This document shows, in pieces, positions 58,957 through 64,000 of a stretch of DNA of 64,000 nt. Every line of letters starts with the position of its first letter. Position 1 is the first letter of the stretch. The position numbers and the translations under genes were made by a program. Location: NCBI RefSeq assembly GCF_009914755.1, contig NC_060929.1, one strand, 5' to 3'. The notes below the pieces were generated by a model. That model made no database searches. It saw nothing but the letters and a program-made list of their open reading frames with translations, and was not told the DNA's origin. This DNA comes from the human T2T-CHM13v2.0 reference genome, Homo sapiens.

Positions 58957-59264
58957 TTTTTTTTTTTTTTTTTTTTTTTTTTGAGATGGAGTCTCGCTCT
59001 GTCACCCAGGCTGGAGTGCAATGACGTGATCTTGGCTCACTGCAACCTCTGCCTCCCAGGTTGAAGTGATTCTCCTGCCTCAGCCTCCCAAGTAGCTGGG
59101 ACTATAGGTGTGTGCTACCACGCCTGGCTAATTTTTGTATTTTTAGTAGAGATGGGGTTTTACCACATTAGCCAGGCTGACCTCGAACTCCTGACCTCAG
59201 GAAATCCACCCACCTTGGCTTCCCAAAGTGCTGGAATTACAGGCGTGAGCCACCGCACCCAGCC
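58957..59264 (-). mobile_element. Full-length Alu (AluSx-like)
   Basis: Poly-T then gagatggagtctcgctctgtcacccaggctgg...gtgagccaccgcacccagcc. Confidence 0.97.
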
Positions 59265-59469
59265 ACAATTCCTATTCCTAAATATATAAGTCTAGAATCA
59301 TCTCTTGCAATCACTATTTTTATTTTGTTACTTCTCCATTTAATAATGGCAATTTTATACTTTTCTTAAATACCCATTTTAAAACCTCATTTCTTGTTAT
59401 TATACATAATAAATTAATCAAGTAAACTTGCTGGCCATAGCCCACTATCACTTTACCTGAATCAGTCAG

Positions 59470-59670
59470 GCAGCTGATACAGCAGTTAAGAATACTTTGG
59501 CAGTGAGACAGAGCTAGGTTTGGTTTTTAGATGTGTGAACTTGGACATGTCACTAAATATCTTTGAGCCTCAATTTAGTCTTGTAAAATAGGCATAGCAA
59601 TTAACCTAACAGGATTGTGGAAAAGATTAAATGAGATAACTTGCGGAAATCATAGCAATGTTCATAAAAT
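59470..59670 (+). mobile_element. MIR SINE
   Basis: tgtgtgaacttggacatgtcactaaatatctttgagcctcaattt...aagattaaatgagataa. Confidence 0.75.
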
Positions 59671-59972
59671 AGGGAAAAGAGGGTAACCAACTTCATACTC
59701 AGTACATTCATTTAAAGATTTATTAGATGTTGTAGATGTATGCAGACACACTTACTCCCCAGCTAAGTACAAAAAACAAAAACAATTGTGTAATATTATA
59801 CTCATTGATCTAGGTGCTGATTGCACAGAAAAGTTCAGTTTGTAAAAATTCAGTACACTTACATGTACTTTTCTATTCATATATTACACCAATAGAAAGT
59901 TTAAAAAGGAATTGTGCTGAAATTTTAGTATGTTTGTATGGTTATAACAGGTAATATCCTCAAGTCAGCATG

Positions 59973-59973
<1 letters not shown>

Positions 59974-60017
<44 letters not shown>
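59974..60017. repeat. (TG)22 perfect dinucleotide microsatellite
   Basis: Read directly. Confidence 0.97.
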
Positions 60018-60021
<4 letters not shown>

Positions 60022-61069
60022 TTACCCAACTGGATTCATGTACTTTTTCATGTTTCTAGTTCTATCACATACTGTTGTCTAACAGATTTCTTTTTTCCTT
60101 TCTGGGACAGTAGCACATTATTCTCTGATATCACATGAGACAGTGGGTAGAGAATGTGACAATGAGGGGAGAGGGACATGTGCCCCTCAGTCTACCGCCC
60201 TCCTCTTTTTATGTTGTTCTACTGACAAAACGTTATATCAAAATGAAGTAATCTTCAAAATAATTGTTCTGAGTGATCTCTATTTGCTTATCTATATGCG
60301 AGTAACAGAATGCATATATCAGGAAGAGTGTACTGTAAGGCTACAGAGGTGTGTAAAGACAGCCAGCAGCCTGGACACTGGGCAGAACTCTTCCCCCACT
60401 GCTGCTTTTTTCTCATCACCTGCTTCCCTCTGCTCTCTTCCAACCAATAGTCTCTACTTCTTAGATCCACAAAGTGACATACGGTCAACTTAACCATCTT
60501 GCATTAGCATATTAAAGTAAAAACCTAAATCTGACTCAAAATGAACACAAATATCGTTTGATCTTAATTTCAAAATTCAGAACAGAAGCCACATGTGGCT
60601 CAACTTGACTCAGGCTTCCTTCCCTAGTCCAGTCAGCTGTGGATGGGGTGTGAATTGTGCAGTATAAATGTGGCTGGCCAGGACTGGGGATAAGGGGGGT
60701 TGTTCTAAGGGAAAGACAATAGTTTCTTTTGAACTAGGCTGCCACACCAAAAGGCATACCTTTTTCTACTATCTGTTCTGGTGGTTTTTTTGCTTTTACT
60801 GTTTCTTCATGTTTCTCTCAATTCCTAAAGTATCATTGCATCCTAGGTGCGGTTTTGAATGACAGTCTGTTGTTTGTCAGAAAACCATGATTTTACTTGG
60901 AATATGATTTCATTTCGGCGGAAGCCCTACTTGTTTATCATGTAGGAATTAACTTTTCTATTACCAAATTTAGTCACTCCTCACATTCCCACATTTCCGT
61001 CTTTGTAATTCAAGCTGTTTTCAGTAGGTGTATATTCCTGATTCTCTCATTCACTGATACCAGCAAAAA

Positions 61070-61915
61070 ACTCTTATAAGGTTCCCTCCATCTTCTTCAT
61101 CTTGGTAAATGGCACTACCATTCAGCAATTGTCTGCTAAAACCTAGAATTCACCTCACGTCCAAATAATCCCAAATAATAATCAACAGGTCCAGTCAGCC
61201 TGTCTCCAAATTATAACCCAAATTTGACAATTTTTCTTCATCTGCACTAACCCATTGCCCTAGTTTCAGTCTGCATAATCTCTCACTCAGACTGCTATGA
61301 AACCTACTTCCACTCCATTCCCCTCACATTAGCCAGTTATTATTTAAATCATACATCAATTATATCATTTCCATGCTTATAGCAGCAGTGGCATCACATT
61401 GAAAGTAAAAAAAAAAATCAAAATGCCTTAACATATCCTAGGATGTCCTGCATATTCAGGTTCCTTCTCATCACCCCAACATCACTGACTACACTACACT
61501 TGAGCTACACTGGCCTTGTTTTCCGACCCTTAGAAAGGTCTCAGTTAATTCCCATCTCAGAGTAGTTGTCATTTCCTGCCTGGGGAGCTCTTCATGTCTT
61601 TCTATGGCTCATTTCTCTACTTCTTTCAGGTCTCTGCTGAAGTGTGACTTCTCCAGGGGGACCTTCCCTGACCACTCTACCTATAATAATAACCACCACT
61701 ACCTCTCCAAGCCATCTTAGTTTCTATTACCATGTGGTATGTCTTTTTGCACTTATAATTATTTAAAATTGAACAGTATTTTGTCTGTTTTGTGTTTATT
61801 ATCTCTCCATAAAAGTAGGAACTTTGTGCTGTTCACCTTTATATTCCCAGCGTCCAAAACAGTACATGACAAAGTAGGAGCTCAATAAACACTTACTGAA
61901 TAAGTAAATGGAAAT
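61070..61915 (+). mobile_element. L2 LINE 3' portion
   Basis: ggtaaatggcactaccatt...accttccctgaccactctac...gtaggagctcaataaacacttactgaataagtaaatg. Confidence 0.8.
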
Positions 61916-63412
61916 TGATGAAAACATGAAGAAAGAGCCATCATTCTGTATTTTTTCTTTCTGGATAACGAGCCATGTACTAAACATCTTTACTGTTATT
62001 TTTCTACTAATTTCATAGGAGACAAAGCTTTATAACTTACTTTTGTGAATGAGATTCTTTTTATTTCCTTACTACTGTTTCATTCTTTCCTGTCATTCAA
62101 AACTCACCTTCTTCGGTATGTTCTTTCTTTACCTCTGTCCGTTCAGATCAGCTCTTGATTCTTTAGGAGGCTTATTACAGTGGGTATGCCTCAATATAGT
62201 AATACCTCATGTAGCTGACTGGGAAACTCTCTTATTCAATTGGTGAAAAATGGATGTTCTCAGCATCAGAATTTTCCACCTGTTGGAGTTATACCAGTTA
62301 AGAAATAAAAGAGTCCAAGAAGGGATGTTCCAGATAGGGGTGCCCCACATAACACAGAAGGATAAGAGTTCCTAGAACTCTGACTCAAGTCTGCAAAGAT
62401 AAATTAATTAACGTATAGCTAATCCTACATTTAAAAAGAAATTGTTGAGGGTTTGTTTTTTTTTGTCACTAAGTTCCAGTTTAGGAGCTAACACATTCAA
62501 ATCAAATGTTCCTTAAAAGAAGCTTTATAAAAATCAGATTTTCTCTGATTATTGCAATTAAGGGTTAACTTAAAGAAAAAAAATTAATTTCCCTAAGAAT
62601 TCCACAGGTAGAAAGCAAAGCAATTTAAAACTTGCCAGAAATGGCTGGCATTTATGAAATAGTTTATTGTCAATTACACAGCTATACATAGCTATAAAAA
62701 TTGGGACAGGTGGGAACTCAGAGTAATCAGTGGTACATCTCACATTTCCTCTAGATAACTTATATCTAGGCTGGTTGTTGAAAGCATAGAAGCAGAAAAC
62801 TTAAAGATTGAAAAGTTCTTGGGAAATATAATGAAAGTATAATTATACTCCTTACGTAACATATCTTGCAATCCCTCCCTCCCTCCCCATTCCATGCTAA
62901 TTCTTGCCCCACATATTTTACAGTATTTCTCTGACTTTAACCTTGCTCCTTCTGCTTTTCTGGCTTTAAATAGCTTTTGTGAAAGCTTTTAAAGTGTGTT
63001 TGAAAGATGTTTCCCTCTTTGGATTTGAATTCATTCAGTCAGTCCTCGAGAGCAGACCCTTAAGTCCTCTTGAGTATTCTCTCTTCTTGAAATGAATTCC
63101 AGTGGTCCAAAGTTAAATGGTCTAGGTCAGTCTGGACATTCTGGAAGGGTCATCCTGTAGTAGCACAATACCAAACCCCTTTTCCATGGACTTGTAGGGA
63201 TAATTAGGGAATATTCCCTCTCCTCTGATACTTAATTCTGCTGCCACCACCTTCAGTTCTTTCTTTGTCACCACTGACAGCTGAGTGTTTCTCTGTTTCC
63301 AAAACATCATCATCCCCTACATTATCCCCCACTGATACAGCCTTTCTTCCCTTTTTCTAGCTACAGTTCTCTTTTGTATGTCTTAATTTCAAAGTGTGAC
63401 TTTGGAGCCTAG

Positions 63413-63724
<312 letters not shown>

Positions 63725-64000
63725 TAAATCTATTTGCTGTTGTATAACATAGCTTTTTGGTTAGGTTTGTGTTAAAGACTGTGATGATGGTGGTGAAGAG
63801 TTACAACCAGAAGAATCTAACCCTTTAAAAGTCAATATGGTATCTGAGCATCAAAAAAAAATAGAAAATGGACATTATTATAGAGAGGCAAGAAAAGATG
63901 AAATTGCAAAAGCTCCTTTTGATTAAAAAAATTAACCTGTAACTCACTCTCTAAAACAGAAACAGATTTAGCTTTTTACATAGGAAATCAATTGATAATG

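Overview
Primate (very likely human or great ape) genomic DNA from inside the CAMK4 gene (calcium/calmodulin-dependent protein kinase IV), + strand. Four short coding exons (6638-6716, 37167-37229, 39178-39260, 57036-57108) have canonical AG/GT boundaries. They splice in frame to the N-lobe and hinge of the kinase domain (R-GATSIVYRCKQKGTQKPYALKVLKKT-VDKKIVRTEIGVLLRLSHPNI-IKLKEIFETPTEISLVLELVTGGELFDR-IVEKGYYSERDAADAVKQILEAVA), which I recognise as exons 2-5, about residues 54-153. More than 99% of the window is AT-rich intron filled with L1, L2, MIR, Alu, MaLR/ERVL/ERV1 solo LTRs, DNA transposons and microsatellites, several nested and with readable target-site duplications (TSDs). Repeat subfamily names and most repeat boundaries were judged by eye and are approximate. 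I see no evidence of a wholly new biological system. The best leads are testable hypotheses: candidate cryptic/poison exons (26396-26485, 63486-63712, 48085-48180); exon blocks 3-5 and 2-4, which would form stop-free in-frame circles, with inverted Alus flanking 3-5; a putative ETS/RUNX/E-box intronic enhancer (about 48740-49360); a CpG-retaining CRE-like patch (about 8390-8510); and a left-arm-only AluSc with an intact TSD.
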